This document shows, in pieces, positions 24,750 through 38,450 of a stretch of 64,000 nt of DNA. Both the position numbers and the translations under genes were made by a program. The stretch's first letter is position 1. Each line of letters begins with the position of its first letter. Under the pieces are notes generated by a model. It worked only from the letters and a program-made list of their open reading frames with translations, had not been told where the DNA came from and did not search any database. This stretch comes from Octopus vulgaris (Eukaryota), in the NCBI GenBank assembly GCA_951406725.2, contig OX597818.1, positions 86,118,001-86,182,000 of the forward strand. Direction: 5' to 3'.

Positions 24750-25204
24750 TAGGGAGAAACAATTTATGCGTGTATGTGTGTGTGCGTATGTGTGTGGAGA
24801 GTGCAGCTTTTCTGTTACACATATTCGTCAGATTTTTAGCTTCTAGAGCATCGCAGTCGCAATTTCAGGATGAAGTCATGAGGAGCGTGTGTTGAGGACT
24901 ATTCATAACAGGTTTGTTGTGGAAATTATGAGCAGAACTTGAATTTTAAAGGGTATTTTTGTAAGTCTTCAGTCAGGATTTTATACTGGTTTGTGATGTA
25001 ATATGTTGCCTGTGTTTTTATGTTAGCATTATTCTCTGTTACAAGTTTTATTTTTATCCTTAGTTGTCCAGTTCAGAGGGAAATTTTGTAGAGTATAGGC
25101 GTAGTGTTAACTAATATCCTATTTTTCTGTGTTTTGTGTAAGGGAGTACCTTATAATTGCTTCTTATGATAAGTTTAAGATGAAGCGTTGTATATAGTTT
25201 TTTA

Positions 25205-25430
25205 TATTTTACTTGTATAAGTCATTGGACTGAAATCATGATGGGGTCTCGCCTTGAAGGATTTTGTCGGACAAATCGAATATACATACTTACGACCAGC
25301 TTCCATATAGTTTTCTCCTAGCAAGTTCACTCACAATGAAGACACTCGCTCAAAGTGCCACGCAGTGCGGCGACTGAACCAGAAACCGTGTGGTTGTAAA
25401 GCGAGCTTCTTAATCAGTCAGCTATGTCTG
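25205..25430 (-). mobile_element. Degenerate SINE family B
   Basis: ttttacttg..gtcattggactg..; aagtgccacgcagtg..gactgaacc. Confidence 0.7.
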
Positions 25431-25454
25431 CATTTAGTGAAGATTTAATAAATA

Positions 25455-25668
25455 TCAATTTCAAATTTTGAAACAAGGCCAGCAATTTCAGGGGAAGATG
25501 TAAATCGATTACATCAACCTAAGTGTTCAACTGGTATTTATTTTGACTCCGAATGAATGAAGGGTAAAGTCGGCCTCAGTAGAATTTGAACTCAGAACAT
25601 GAAGACGGATAAAATGCTGCCAAGTATTTTGCCTAGCATATTAACGATTTTGCCAGCTCACTGTCTTT
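25455..25668 (-). mobile_element. Degenerate Meta-core SINE family A
   Basis: atgaagggtaaagtcggcctc..aatttgaactcagaac..tgccagctc. Confidence 0.75.
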
Positions 25669-26064
25669 AAGAACTAATAAATATTTCTAAATGATCATTT
25701 GTATTCTTCTCCTATCTCTACTACTACGACGACGACGACCACGACCACTGCTGCTGCTTTTGATCTGAAATTTTCAAATGTCTTCCACTTCAAAATAAGC
25801 CCATTTCAGTCCCATCCACCATCTCATTTGTCTGGCTCACCTTCAAAGATACATGAGTTTTACGCAAACACATTCTCTCTTTTACGAGCACGGTCTCTAG
25901 AATTTCCTCCGGCTCATGCATCCGCCTCCAAATACCAGGCTGGAAATGCGAATCCAGGAAACAAATCACAGGTAAAATAGTCTTCGTCATCAACATTAAG
26001 ACTACTGAATATACATGTCATGCTACAGTTCTTTGTAAGCTGTTTTGAATCTGTATGTTATGTA

Positions 26065-26803
26065 TTCTTTTCTACTCTAGGAATAAGGCTCGAAATTTTG
26101 GGGGAGGAGACCAGTCGATTAGATCGACCCCAGTACGCAACCGGTACTTAATTTATCGACCCCGAAAGGATGAAAGGTGAAGTCGACCTAGGCGGAATTT
26201 GAACTCAGAACGTAACGGCAGACGAAATACAGCTACGCATTTCGCCCGGCGTGCTAACGTTTCTGCCAGCTCGCCACCTTTAAAATTATTATTTCTTTAT
26301 TGCCCACAAGGGACTAAACATAGAGGGGACAAACAAGGACAGACAAAGGGGTTAAGTCGATTACATCGACCCCAGTGCGTAACTGGTACTTATTTAATCG
26401 ATCCCGAAAGGATGAAAGGCAAAGTCGACCTCGACAGAATTTGAACTCAGAACGTAGCGGCAGACGAAATATCTATTTCTTTACTACCCACAAGGGGCTA
26501 AACACAGAGGGGACAAACAAGGACAGACAAACGGATTATATCGACCCCAGTGCATAAATGGTACTTATTTAATCGACACAGAAAGGACGAAAGGCAAAGT
26601 CGACCTGGCGGAATTTGAACTCAGAACGTAACGGCAGACGAAATACCGCTAAGCATTTCGCCCGGCGTGCTAACGTTTCTGACAGTTCCCCGCCTTTTAG
26701 GCAATGTCGAGCTCGGCGGAATTCGAACTCAGAACGTAAAGACAGACGAAATACTGCTAAGCATTTCGCCCGGCGTGCTAACGTTTCTGCCAATTAACCG
26801 CCT
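26065..26803 (-). mobile_element. Tandem cluster of Meta-core SINE family A units
   Basis: gaattYgaactcagaacgta..cagacgaaata occurs four times, with aaggaYgaaagg..aagtcgacct in three of the units. Confidence 0.9.
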
Positions 26804-27369
26804 TCTGTACGTCATGTATTGTGAAATGACTGACTTTAAAATTGTTGATGTCATTGTCTTGCTTTGCTTAAGAAATTGAATAAAAATATTTTTCTTTTGA
26901 CATAATGCCGTCAAATATAAATTGTATACAAGTTACGTACTGTCAGTTAACTGATCAAAAATACTTTTTATTTTAGTACTTTGCTTATAGTATTTCAATA
27001 AAATGTGGCTTTCGTTTTCCTAGCTAAAATTGTGACTTTTTCTGTGACTTTTTACCAGAGACTGTTTTTTTCGAACATCGGAAATGCACTAACTTAACAT
27101 TACAAAGCCACAGGAGTGTTTCCACTAGAAGTAGCAGCCACATATCTTATCGTGTCGTCTTAAAAAGAGAAGTTATACTGGATAATGTATTGACTGGGAA
27201 AAGTAAAAAATGATTACTTTCATGGTTTCGAGTTAAGTACCACATCTACTGCACAGCACCATGGGCAAGTATTTTCTACCATAACCCCAAAGCTAACCAA
27301 TATTTTGTAAGCGAGTTTCGTGGATGGAAACTATGTGGAATTTCATCTTACCTATCTATCTATCTGCCA

Positions 27370-27870
27370 CCTTGAGCATAATCCTATGAACCCAGAAATT
27401 GAAAACAGAGGGTTACCCACTTGCAAACAAATGTGGTAACATATAACAATATTGACCAAGGTTACCGTGGTCTTTTTCGTAGGCTTTTCTTCCCACGAAT
27501 AAACCTTACTTGCTTTCCCCTTTACACCATATATCATAACACTGTGATACACGATCCCTATTGATCGTTTTTTTTTCCTCTTCCCCTTTTTCCCCCTTTT
27601 TTCTTCTTTTTTCATTTGTCTTTTCTTTTGTTCCTTTTCCTTTTCTTTTTTTTCTTTTTCTTTTTTTCTTTTTTATTTTATTTTATTTTATTTTATTTTA
27701 TTTTATTTTTTGTTCCTTTCTTCCCTTTTACGATCCCTCTTGATCGAAAACCTACGCCACCCCTTTTTTTTTTGTTTCTTTTGTTTTTGTTTTTTTCATC
27801 CCCCAAAAGAAAAGCTCTACCTTGTAACTTGTCCCATCTGTGTGCAGCCCTGTGTGGCCAATAAAGAAAC
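27370..27870 (+). mobile_element. Tx1-like LINE 3' UTR in (CTAT)n, splitting a family B SINE (about 27220-27345 and 27960-28178)
   Basis: Similar to the reverse complement of 47330-47620 (ttgacca..ccgtgg..ttttc..ccacga; gccc.tgtggccaataaa). Confidence 0.6.
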
Positions 27871-27949
<79 letters not shown>

Positions 27950-29089
27950 CACGTGCGTGATCATGTGTCTTTGCGTTTGTCCCTTATCACTGCTTGACAA
28001 GTGGTGTTGGTTTGTTTATGTTCCAGTAATATCAGCGGTTCAGCAAAAGACGCCCAAAAAACGCTAAAAAAAAACAGACTTAAAAAATAAGTATTCCGGG
28101 CGATTTCATCGACTAAATCTTTCATGCCACTGGCCCAGCATAGCCGCAGCCCAATGACTAAAACATGTAAAATTTAAAATACAGTGCTCCCACTGCTTAC
28201 AGCGTTGAATTTCACAATGTTTTCCATCTAGGTCACAACCCTTACAAATATCACTAGTTCCGTTGTCCTGTAGCTCTAGCTATTTAAATTCTATTTACCA
28301 TATTAAATTCGTCGAATCTAAATATTAGTTTAAAAATTCAGACAATAAATGATGTTAGTTTAATAACTGGGGCAGCTTTGCATAGATGAACGAACGGCTG
28401 GACTTTAAAATATTGACAGGTTTGTCTATCTTTGTCTGACTTTGTTTAATACTTTATCGAATGAAACTGGGAGAGGAGAGAAAAAGACGATCGTAACTAA
28501 ATTGAAATCAAATGAAATTCCTTCTTGAGACAGGAAATCAATTCTTAACAGTGATTCAAGTTCTAACCACGATTGGTTATGGCGAGGAGAAGTAAGAGGA
28601 GAAAAGGAGAGAGAGAGAGAGAGAGAGAGACTAGGTGGGGTCAATAATAAAGAAGATATAAATGATGTCAGAACGTAAAGCGTGATAAGACGAGAGAGAC
28701 CGGATGCAATAATTGGTACAGTACAGTTGTTTGACATGATATCTTAAAGTAAAGAGATTATTAAATAAATATACAGGTAGGTTGGAGGGTAGATAGGTAG
28801 GTAGGTAGGTAGGTAGGTAGGTAGGTATGTAGATAGATAGATAGGAAGGTAGGTAGGTAGATAGGTAGGGAGGTAAATAGGTAGGGAGGAAGGTAAGTAG
28901 GTAGGTAGATATAGATTTCTAAGAATGTGCATATACATGTGATTTGGCGGGTGTATATGTATGCATGCATGTATATATGTGCGTATGCCTGTGTATAAGC
29001 ATATATGCTTGTTTGTATATATATGTGTATGTGTGTGTATAAGCATATATATATACATGTATATGTATGTGTATATATATATATAGATA

Positions 29090-29139
<50 letters not shown>

Positions 29140-29329
29140 ATATCGACATATGCGCATATACATACATATATATATATATACATACATACATACATACACA
29201 GACACACACATATATAATATATATATAAACATATCTGCGTGTGTGTGTGTGTCTGTGTGTCTGTGTGTATGTGTTATCTTCTGCTTTTAATTATTTGAAA
29301 TCTTCCTCTGAAGAATTAGTTATTTTCTT

Positions 29330-30210
29330 ACAAAGATGCGAAGCTCCATATGCATTGTTGGATATTGCCTTATTATAAGAACTTGCTCCGACTCCCATAT
29401 TTTTCTAGGTCTGGTTTAATATTCTTGGGCCACTCTATCGTTATTTATACACAGTACCTTAATGTGATATATTTTCATCAATGCCTAAGTATATATGGCA
29501 TTCTTTTTTCAGAATGGAGAGACAAAGGCACCGCTGATTCAGATGTTTTGGGTCTGGAGTACTGATTTTCCGCGTTTAATACTCAAATACAAACATATCA
29601 TTTGGCCAAATTCCAAACCTATGCCAGCTGAAAATGTTAATTCTAGCTGCCTTTTAGCATTGTTAACACTTTTAGCATAAACCTTGAGGTCATTCATGAA
29701 GAAATTATGGGTTACATTGATATCTCTAGCAGTAGCAGACCCCTAGCATGCAGCCATTTGGATTTTGTGACAGAAACGATAATAGATTAAATGCCAAAAT
29801 GAACAGAATTACTGGAAGACCATCCCCTTGGAATATTCCCTTTGAAATATTTATATCATTGGAGACGATCGTCCCTCTTTCAGTTGTAAGTGTACGAATT
29901 GTTGCCCAGGTCTTTGCGAGCTTCTCAAAGGCAGCTTTTACCAAATGCAAATATTTCAGCAGTTAAGAGTGGGTAATAGAGTCGAATGTTTTCCTCCAAT
30001 GGAGCCTTAGCGTCGGTTTGTTTCTAGGGTTCCTTACTTCAAACAGTATCGCTTTGTTCATCAAAAGCTGTTCAGCAAATTCCCACACTCCCTTCTTTTC
30101 ATCTAACTGCTCATCAATAACTATTTAATTGGACTCTTAATGATCCTGGAGGAATTGGTCGAGGCAACTTAGATACAGTTTGCACATGATATTTAAATAA
30201 ACAAGGGTCC
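29330..30210 (-). mobile_element. R4-like LINE reverse transcriptase fragment (degenerate)
   Basis: FDSITHS, ISKGIFQGD, HNFFMNDLKVYA, YLGIDENI motifs with stops and frameshifts. Confidence 0.8.
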
Positions 30211-30217
30211 TACAAGT

Positions 30218-30450
30218 TGGAGGCGCATAGCTTAGTGGTTAGTGTATTAAACTAATGATCGTAAGATTATGGTTTCAATTCCTGGACCAAGTGATGTGTT
30301 AGCTCTTGTTGCTCCAGTCCACTCAGCCAACAAAAATAAGTAATCCTGCGACGGACTGGAGTCCTGTCCAAGTGGAGAATATATACGCCATGAAACGGGG
30401 AAACCGGCCCTTGTGAGACGGTTTGATTCGAGAAGGTAACTTTACCATTA
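30218..30450 (+). mobile_element. tRNA-derived SINE (family C type)
   Basis: Homologous to 18535-18795. Confidence 0.8.
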
Positions 30451-30527
30451 ACTTTTACCTATAATTTCCTGCCAACTCGGTGGTTTCGTTTTTGGCATGT
30501 ATGTATATAATCATGCATGTATGTATA

Positions 30528-30923
30528 ATCCTTTCTACTATATGCATAAGAGCTAAAATTTTGGGGAGGGGGATAGTCGATTAGATCAACCCAGTAGTCA
30601 CCTGGTACTTAATTTATCGACCACGAAAGGATAAAAGCAAAGTCAACCTCGGCGGAATTTGTACTCAGAACGTAACGGCAGACGAAATACTTATTTCTTT
30701 ACTGCCCACAAGGGGCTACACACAGAGGGGACAAACAAGGACAGACAAACGGATTAAGTTGATTATATTGACCCCAGTGCGTAACTGGTACTTATTTAAT
30801 TGAGCCCGAAAGGATGAAAGGCAAAGTCGACCTCGGCGGAATTTGAACTCAGAACGTAGCGGCAGAAGAAATACGGCTACGCATTCGCCCGGTGTGCTAA
30901 CGATTCTGACAGCTTGCCGCCTT
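30528..30923 (-). mobile_element. Dimeric Meta-core SINE family A
   Basis: Two Meta-core units, same layout as 56022-56404. Confidence 0.88.
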
Positions 30924-31334
30924 TGTATGTATGTATGTATGTATGTATGTATGTATGTATGTATGTATGTATGTATGTATGTATGTATATATGTTTGTAT
31001 GTATGTATGTATGTATGTATGTATGTATGTATGTATGTATGTATGTATGCATGCATGTATAAGTATGTGAATCTATTTGTATGTATGTATGTATGTATGT
31101 GTCTATATCTATGTGCGTTTGTAAATGTAGGCAGATAACTTGGTACATATTTATGTATACATGAACACGTGGTCCGTGTGCATGTGTGCTGGCGTGCGTG
31201 CGTGAGCGTATATGCATGATCCAGAAAAAGTAAATTAAACTTCGCAAAATAAAAGAGGATGTAACGTAAGACCTAGACAGAACGAACGAACGAGAAACAA
31301 AAGAACAAAACACAAACATCACAAGAACAAATGC

Positions 31335-31400
<66 letters not shown>

Positions 31401-31675
31401 GGTGGTGGTGGTGGTGGTGGTGGTGGTGGTGGTGATTATGATGATGATGATGATGACGACGACGATGGTAATGATAATGATGATGATGACGATGGTGATG
31501 GTGATTATGATGGTGGTGGTGGTGGGTGGTGGTGGGTGGTGATGGTGGTGGTGGTGGTGATGGTGGTGGTGATGATGATGTTGGTGGTGGTGGCGATGGT
31601 AGTGGTGGTGATTATGATGGTGGTGGTAGAGGTGAGGATGATGGTGGTGGTGGTGGTGGTGGTGGTGATGATGAT
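31335..31675. repeat. (GAT)n/(GGT)n compound repeat
   Basis: Direct repeats. Confidence 0.95.
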
Positions 31676-32446
31676 TTATGGGTCTTTTTTCATTTACCAC
31701 AGGGATGTAAATGAGGAGTAAATCTCCATACAATTTGTGTGGGGATTCACATAAAAGATGAAGAAAAAGAAAGGGTAAATAAGACAGAAATAAAACAGAA
31801 GTGTAGATAGGGTAAAAAGTATGTGAATACATGAATGATGTAGTCCTCTTCATACAGGAGTATTTGAAACTATAGCCAGTCAAGGAATCCCACAGATCTA
31901 GGATTATTCTGACCACCAAAGGAACGCACCTTTGCCCAACTGTTATTCTTCAACCTACAGGTATATTTTTGTCTTAGCTATCTACCTTTTTCGCAAATTC
32001 ACTGTGAGGTAGCATTTCCTTCTGTACCTACACTTAACTTTCCAAGTGGAACTCAAGAAAAGTCGTTGAGTCTAGACCAAAGAGGAAGGTCCCAATACTC
32101 GATCCTTTCAGCCCCCGTCTATCACACAGCATCTTTTGCCATCACCGTTAACAGAGGAACACCGCTTAGGCTGCCTTGATAAGGGTGGGTTGCGGAGTAA
32201 TCCTTATGATGGCCTCGGGTGATAATCGGATTTGTCCCACATGTGACAATAGCTATTCGACATAACTCCACAATTCAGCAATGCTCGGACACTGGTCAAA
32301 TATATGCACTACGCTTTCGTCGCTCTGCGTACATCTCGAACAAGCTTTCCATTATTATTGCTGCCAGTACCCATTTGTTAAAATAATAGTACAATCATGC
32401 ATACATATGTATTACTTATATAAATACATACATAAATACATATATG

Positions 32447-32855
32447 CATGGCTGTGTGGTAAGTAGCTTACTAACGAACCACATGGTTCCGGGTTCAGTC
32501 CCACTGCGTGGCACCTTGGGCAAGTGTCTTCTACTATAGCCTCGGGCCGATCAAAGCCTTGTGAGTGGATTTGGTAGACGGAAACTGAAAGAAGCCCGTC
32601 GTATATATGTATATATTTATATGTATATGTGTTTGTGTATATGTTTGTGTGTCTGTGTTTAACCCCCACCATACATCGCTTGACAACCGATGCTGGTGCG
32701 TTTACGTCCCCGTAACTTAGCGGTTCGGCAAAAGAGACCGATAGAATAAGTAATAGGCTTACAAAGAATAAGTTCTGGGGTCGATTTGCTCGACTAAGGG
32801 CGGTGCTCCAGCATGGCCGCAATCAAATGACTGAAACAAGTAAAAGAGTAAAAAA
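32447..32855 (+). mobile_element. Full-length CORE-like SINE family B
   Basis: tggctgtgtggtaag..gggttcagtccc (A/B-box-like), gcaccttgggcaagt (CORE-like), internal TA/TG microsatellite, tail gtaaaagagtaaaa. Confidence 0.9.
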
Positions 32856-33639
32856 GACATACATATGTAAGTACACTACAAATGCAGGCAGGACGGTTTC
32901 GTCGCTTTGCATACATCTCGAGAAATCTTTCCTTTCTCATCGCTGCTAGGACCCACTTGTTAAAGTAACAACACAAGCACACATACATATGTATTATATA
33001 TGTAAGTAGATACATAAGTACATATATATACATACATATATATATACATATACATACATATATAGATACATACAAATATATACATACATATATGTACATA
33101 CATATATACATGCATATATACATACATATATATACATATATAGATACATACAAATACAAACATACATAGAGGCAGATATATGACATACATATATATATAT
33201 ACATGTGCACATAAGTACGTATATACATGCCAACATATACATACATTAATATGCACGAAATAGTAAAGATTTTCAAATGTACGAGAAATATTACTATTCG
33301 TCGCTCGAGGTCGAAGTTGAAACTGTATTGGAGGTATTGATCACCAGAATAAACCAAAGAGGAATGGTGCAGTAATTGATTAATATTTATTCCCTCATAC
33401 CACCACTTCTATCATCAAAACATCCCCAACATTAACATTCCCACCTCCTACACGGTTTCTGCCTCCATCTCCTCCTCTTCCATCTCCTCGTCGTCATCAT
33501 CGTTATCGTCGTCGCCGTCATGATCATGATCATGATCATCATCAGCATCGTCGTCATCATCATCTTCTGCACGTCCTCACCACTATTCTCATCATTAATC
33601 TCAGCACTTACATCGGAGACACACATTAATGTTGGGTGA

Positions 33640-34100
33640 TCGACGCTAGACTCGGGGGTCTTGAGAGAAGCCAGCGTCCTGAGCTTTGAGGCGATGGCGT
33701 ACAAGCATCGTTTTACATTGGACTGGATACCTTATCTAAACGAATGATCGAGGGATTCCTAAACAAACGCTATATGGGGAACTTGGTTGTGGAAAGTGAC
33801 CCCAGCAGAAGCCTAGACTACGATTAAAGGATTGTGTAAAGTCGTCGTTGAAAACGTGTGAAATTCGGGAATTTAACTGGGAAAACAATGCTTCTCATCA
33901 AATTCAGTGGAGGAGATAAGTAGAAAAAAAGTTGGGTAATACTGGGAAAAAAACGTATTTTTCATATAGAATTTAAGCGAGTTGCTCGAAAATGCACCGC
34001 CAGAATAGAGGAAGTTTGGTTTACAGTATCCTCAGAGGTTTATGTCCATCAAGAACTGGGTTTATCAGTCACCGGCGGGGACACAAGTTCAAAGTAGAAG
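33640..34100 (+). mobile_element. Degenerate RTE LINE 3' fragment
   Basis: PKQTLYGEL..G and KDCVKSSLKTCEI remnants. Confidence 0.65.
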
Positions 34101-34194
34101 TTTGTCTGAGAGCACAATATTCTTAATGGTCACTGATACTGTACCTCGGTTACCAGTGAACATATTTAAGTGTGTGTATGCATATATACACACA

Positions 34195-34329
<135 letters not shown>

Positions 34330-34420
34330 CCACATATACATATATGTATATATGTTCATAAATACATGCACATATCCATATGTGCATATATATAATATGT
34401 ATGTATGTATGTATGTATGA

Positions 34421-34471
<51 letters not shown>

Positions 34472-35196
34472 TATACACACACATATATATCTACAAAAAT
34501 GCACTCATTCGTCAACACACGTACACATATATAAATGCTTGCAATATCTCTACTCGAATTCACCATACAAATACGTGTGTTAATTCATATATCTTTGAAA
34601 AATGTTTGTATATACATACATGTAAGAATATATAGTCAAGCGAGGAATCAATATATTACCTCAACAAACTCAACAAACTTGTGAATATATTTGTTTCCAT
34701 GCATACATAATATATACAAACATATAAAACACGCATACATCTACCCGCCACCCTTTCTCTTAGCGTATGCTTCACAAAGCAGAAGATCGCTGGCGTCTCC
34801 GTTGTCAGTTAACCATATTGAAAAGCGACTAATTTTATTTCAAACCGATATCGTATGTATTTGCTTACTACTCCAGACCCGGCGATTCTTGAAAAGGTCC
34901 GCCTCACGAGGGTACTAAGCAACGCAGCACTGATAATATACATGTCTTTTTGTGTACAAGTTACGATGTCTTTATATAACTGCTTGTTTACTTCTATCAA
35001 ACAATTTGGCCAAGTTGTAAAAAGGTTCACACAAGGTGAAATGTCATTTTTTTGAACTTTAAATAAGTAGACATATTAGCGGAGCAACTTTTAGAAGTTT
35101 TATTACGTATTTATTTATTTATTCATATTATTATTTATTTTTTGTACCATATCCGGTGTTTACAAAATCGCTGAGCTGTGTGGCAACCCATTTTAA

Positions 35197-35247
<51 letters not shown>

Positions 35248-35376
35248 CGTGTGTGTGTGTGTAAACATACACACAATTTTATATATATTCATAAACATAT
35301 ATATATATGTACGTTTGTATATACACATGTATATATGTAAATATACAGATACATAATATACATAATACATACATAC

Positions 35377-35413
<37 letters not shown>

Positions 35414-35696
35414 ATGTATATATATACCAGTAGATATGAGTTTCTTTTGTAAAAATCTCGGGTCCTAGAGTACCTTGTCGTCTGATGTGAACAATAGACT
35501 GTTTACTAATGAAATGCAATTAAGGGGTTTCTCAATAGATCAATAGATTTTGGTCGTCCAAGTCCTACAATACTTTTCATCGTTGTAGGTATGTTTTGCA
35601 CTAAATCAGTCCTGAGAGACCGCACCTATTATCAAAGGCTTTCCACTTGTGACCGTCCCGTCTTTTTGCTGAGGACAACACTGACTTAATATCTTT

Positions 35697-36095
35697 CTTT
35701 ATCTTATTTTACTTGTTTCAGTCATTAGACTGCGGCCATGCTAGATCATACCCGTGTAGGGTTTCAGTCGAACAAATCGACCCAAAGATTTGCTTTTTTT
35801 TTTAAGGTTGATATTAATTCTATCGTTCTCTTTTGACAAACCGCTAATGTTATGGGGATAAATACAAACTAACACCGGTCGTGAAACATGATGGGGCGGG
35901 AAACCAACACACGCATAAAAGAAAACACAAATATACATAGGTACAGATGTGGCCGTGAGGTAAGTTTACTTCTCGTCTACATGGTATCGGGTTCAGTTCC
36001 AATGCGTAGCACCTTGAGCAAATATCTTCTACAAGAACATCAGGTTGACCAAAGCCTTCTGAATGGATTTGGATGATGGAAAGTGAAAGACGGCC
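35697..36095. mobile_element. Two family B SINE fragments (minus 35697-35900, plus 35945-36095)
   Basis: cttgtttcagtcattagactgcggccatgct; gggttcagttccaatgcgtagcaccttgagcaa. Confidence 0.75.
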
Positions 36096-36108
36096 ATCAT
36101 CTATCTGC

Positions 36109-36151
<43 letters not shown>

Positions 36152-36191
36152 CCTTCCTATCTATCTATCTATCTATCTATCCATCTATCTA

Positions 36192-36325
<134 letters not shown>

Positions 36326-36339
36326 CATTTATATATATA

Positions 36340-37256
36340 CAGAAAAATAGCTTTTAGCCAACACATAGATACTTGCGCCAACAAAAAAACACCAAACTTC
36401 AGAATTTTCCCCCTCTACCAATTTAGGGACGATACAACCTCGAGACAACGAATAAGTAAAGAAAATCTCTTTATTACAAAATACAAGCCACTTCTTAACG
36501 GGTCTACGACAAACAATTAATATACCTCAACTTTAGAATAAAAGAAATATATACACACACAAATATTACACTCCATAGAATCCATTACTAATCAGCCCCA
36601 TCAAAGCTATACTTACACCCATTCATATTCTCTCTTCTCTGTTTTTTTCTTCTTCTTCTTCTTCCTCTTCTTCTTCATCATCATCATTATCATCATCATC
36701 GTCGTCATCATCATCACCACCATCATCACCACCATCTTCTCCTTCTTCTTCTTCTTCTTCTTCTTCTTCTTCTTCTTCTTCTTCTTCATCATCATCATCA
36801 TCAAAATCGTCATCTTGTTCTTCTTCTACTTCTCCACCTTCCACCCCTTAACCTTGTCACTAATGTCTTTCAGTATAACGCCTACGCAAATTCCATAAAC
36901 AATTCCTGAATTGAACTGCGACTACTGTCAGCCACTGTCAGCCACTGACCATTCAAAATACGACCATTAAGGCATTCCCAGATTTCCCCACCCCTCTCCA
37001 CATCAGCCTCATTATTCTTCACTTATCCTACCAAGAACTCAAAACGACCTCGAACACACAAGTGCAAACAAGGGAGTCAGAGAAAGGCAGAATGCTACTT
37101 ATATCTGAACACTACTACAGAAACATTCTTTTGAAAAAACTTTTCTTCTAATTTTTCTAAATTTAATTATTTAATCGTTACAGTTGAAAAGGTTTCAAAA
37201 TGACCGAAACCGGTACTGAAAGATTCACTATAAAATCATCTTAGCATTTTCTATTT

Positions 37257-37260
<4 letters not shown>
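36340..37260 (+). mobile_element. 5'-truncated Penelope-like element 3' end (GIY-YIG tail, UTR, pLTR)
   Basis: FSQHIDTC..FRIFPLYQ..RISKENLFITKYKPLLN fits the end of a PLE GIY-YIG domain; hammerhead motif at 37181; (TA)n on both flanks. Confidence 0.75.
37181..37218 (+). ncRNA. Minimal hammerhead-like motif, U3-A8 variant
   Basis: cag-TTGAAAA-ggtt..gacc-GAAAC-cg-GTA-ctg. Confidence 0.55.
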
Positions 37261-37318
<58 letters not shown>

Positions 37319-37375
37319 GTCTGTCTGTCTTTCTATCTATCTATCTGTATGTGTGTGTGTGTTCGTGTGTGTGTC

Positions 37376-37418
<43 letters not shown>

Positions 37419-37544
37419 GTGTGAGCGTGAGTATGCTTGTGAGTTTTTCTTTGTGTACGTACCAAACTGTAAAAAATAGGTGTTGGTGTATATACACATT
37501 TCATATATACATATTCAAAAATTAGGGAATGGAGTACATAAAAT

Positions 37545-37635
37545 CCAGGCTACATATGTTTCATAGCTAGCACAACCTGGGAAGTAGTAAATTATGCAAA
37601 CGAGGGGTAGACCACAAGCTACTCTTCAGACTAAG
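37545..37635 (-). ncRNA. Hammerhead-like motif with long stem II
   Basis: Minus strand CTGAAGA-gtagct...agctat-GAAAC-atat-GTA; stem I imperfect. Confidence 0.6.
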
Positions 37636-37727
37636 GATATCTTGATTATATGAAGTTTACATTGTCGAAAGAGGATCTCGAGTTACTTCGTTGATTATTC
37701 GATCGAAATACGTAGAAAGTACAGTAA

Positions 37728-37775
<48 letters not shown>

Positions 37776-37995
37776 ATATGTCTGTGTAGCCACCACACAT
37801 TCTTTATTTTCTCTCCTTGTTTCTTTCTGTGTTCCTTTCTGTGGAAGATCGTATGCTCGAAACGTTAAAGACTTCTTCACTGCCCGACCGTTAAACTAAT
37901 ACATCTGCTTGTTGTCTATACCACCTGTCTTCATCTTTTTTTGTGAATTCTCCCTATATATGTGCGTGTGTGTGTGTATGTGTTTATATATATAT

Positions 37996-38362
37996 ATGGT
38001 TGTGTGGTAAGTAGTATGCTTACCAACCACATGGTTCAGTTCCACTGCGTGGGACCTTGGGAAAGTGTCTTCTATTACAACCTCGTGCCGGCCAATCCCT
38101 TTTGAGTGGATTTGATAGACGGAAACTGAAAGAAGCCCATCGTATATATGTATATATTTATGTGTGTGTGTATGTTTGTATGTCTGTGTTTGTCCCCCAA
38201 CATCGCTTGACAACCAATGCTGGTGTGTTTACGTCCCCGTAACTTAGCGGTTCGGCAAAAGAGACCGATAGAATAATAACTAGGCTTACAAAGAAATATG
38301 TCCTGGGGTCAATTTGCTCGAATTTGCAGTCAAATGATTGAAACAAATAAAAGAATAAAATA
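37996..38362 (+). mobile_element. SINE family B
   Basis: Collinear with 32447-32855. Confidence 0.88.
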
Positions 38363-38388
38363 AAAAATATACATATGCATATACATGA

Positions 38389-38449
<61 letters not shown>

Positions 38450-38450
<1 letters not shown>

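Noticed and set aside
26065-26803. CRISPR-like repeat-spacer array
   Set aside because: Units are irregular SINE fragments found elsewhere in the window; there are no unique spacers or cas genes and the context is eukaryotic.
30897-31919. 340-aa ORF, the longest in the window
   Set aside because: It is open only because it runs through (CAT)n, (CAC)n and (CATA)n repeats.
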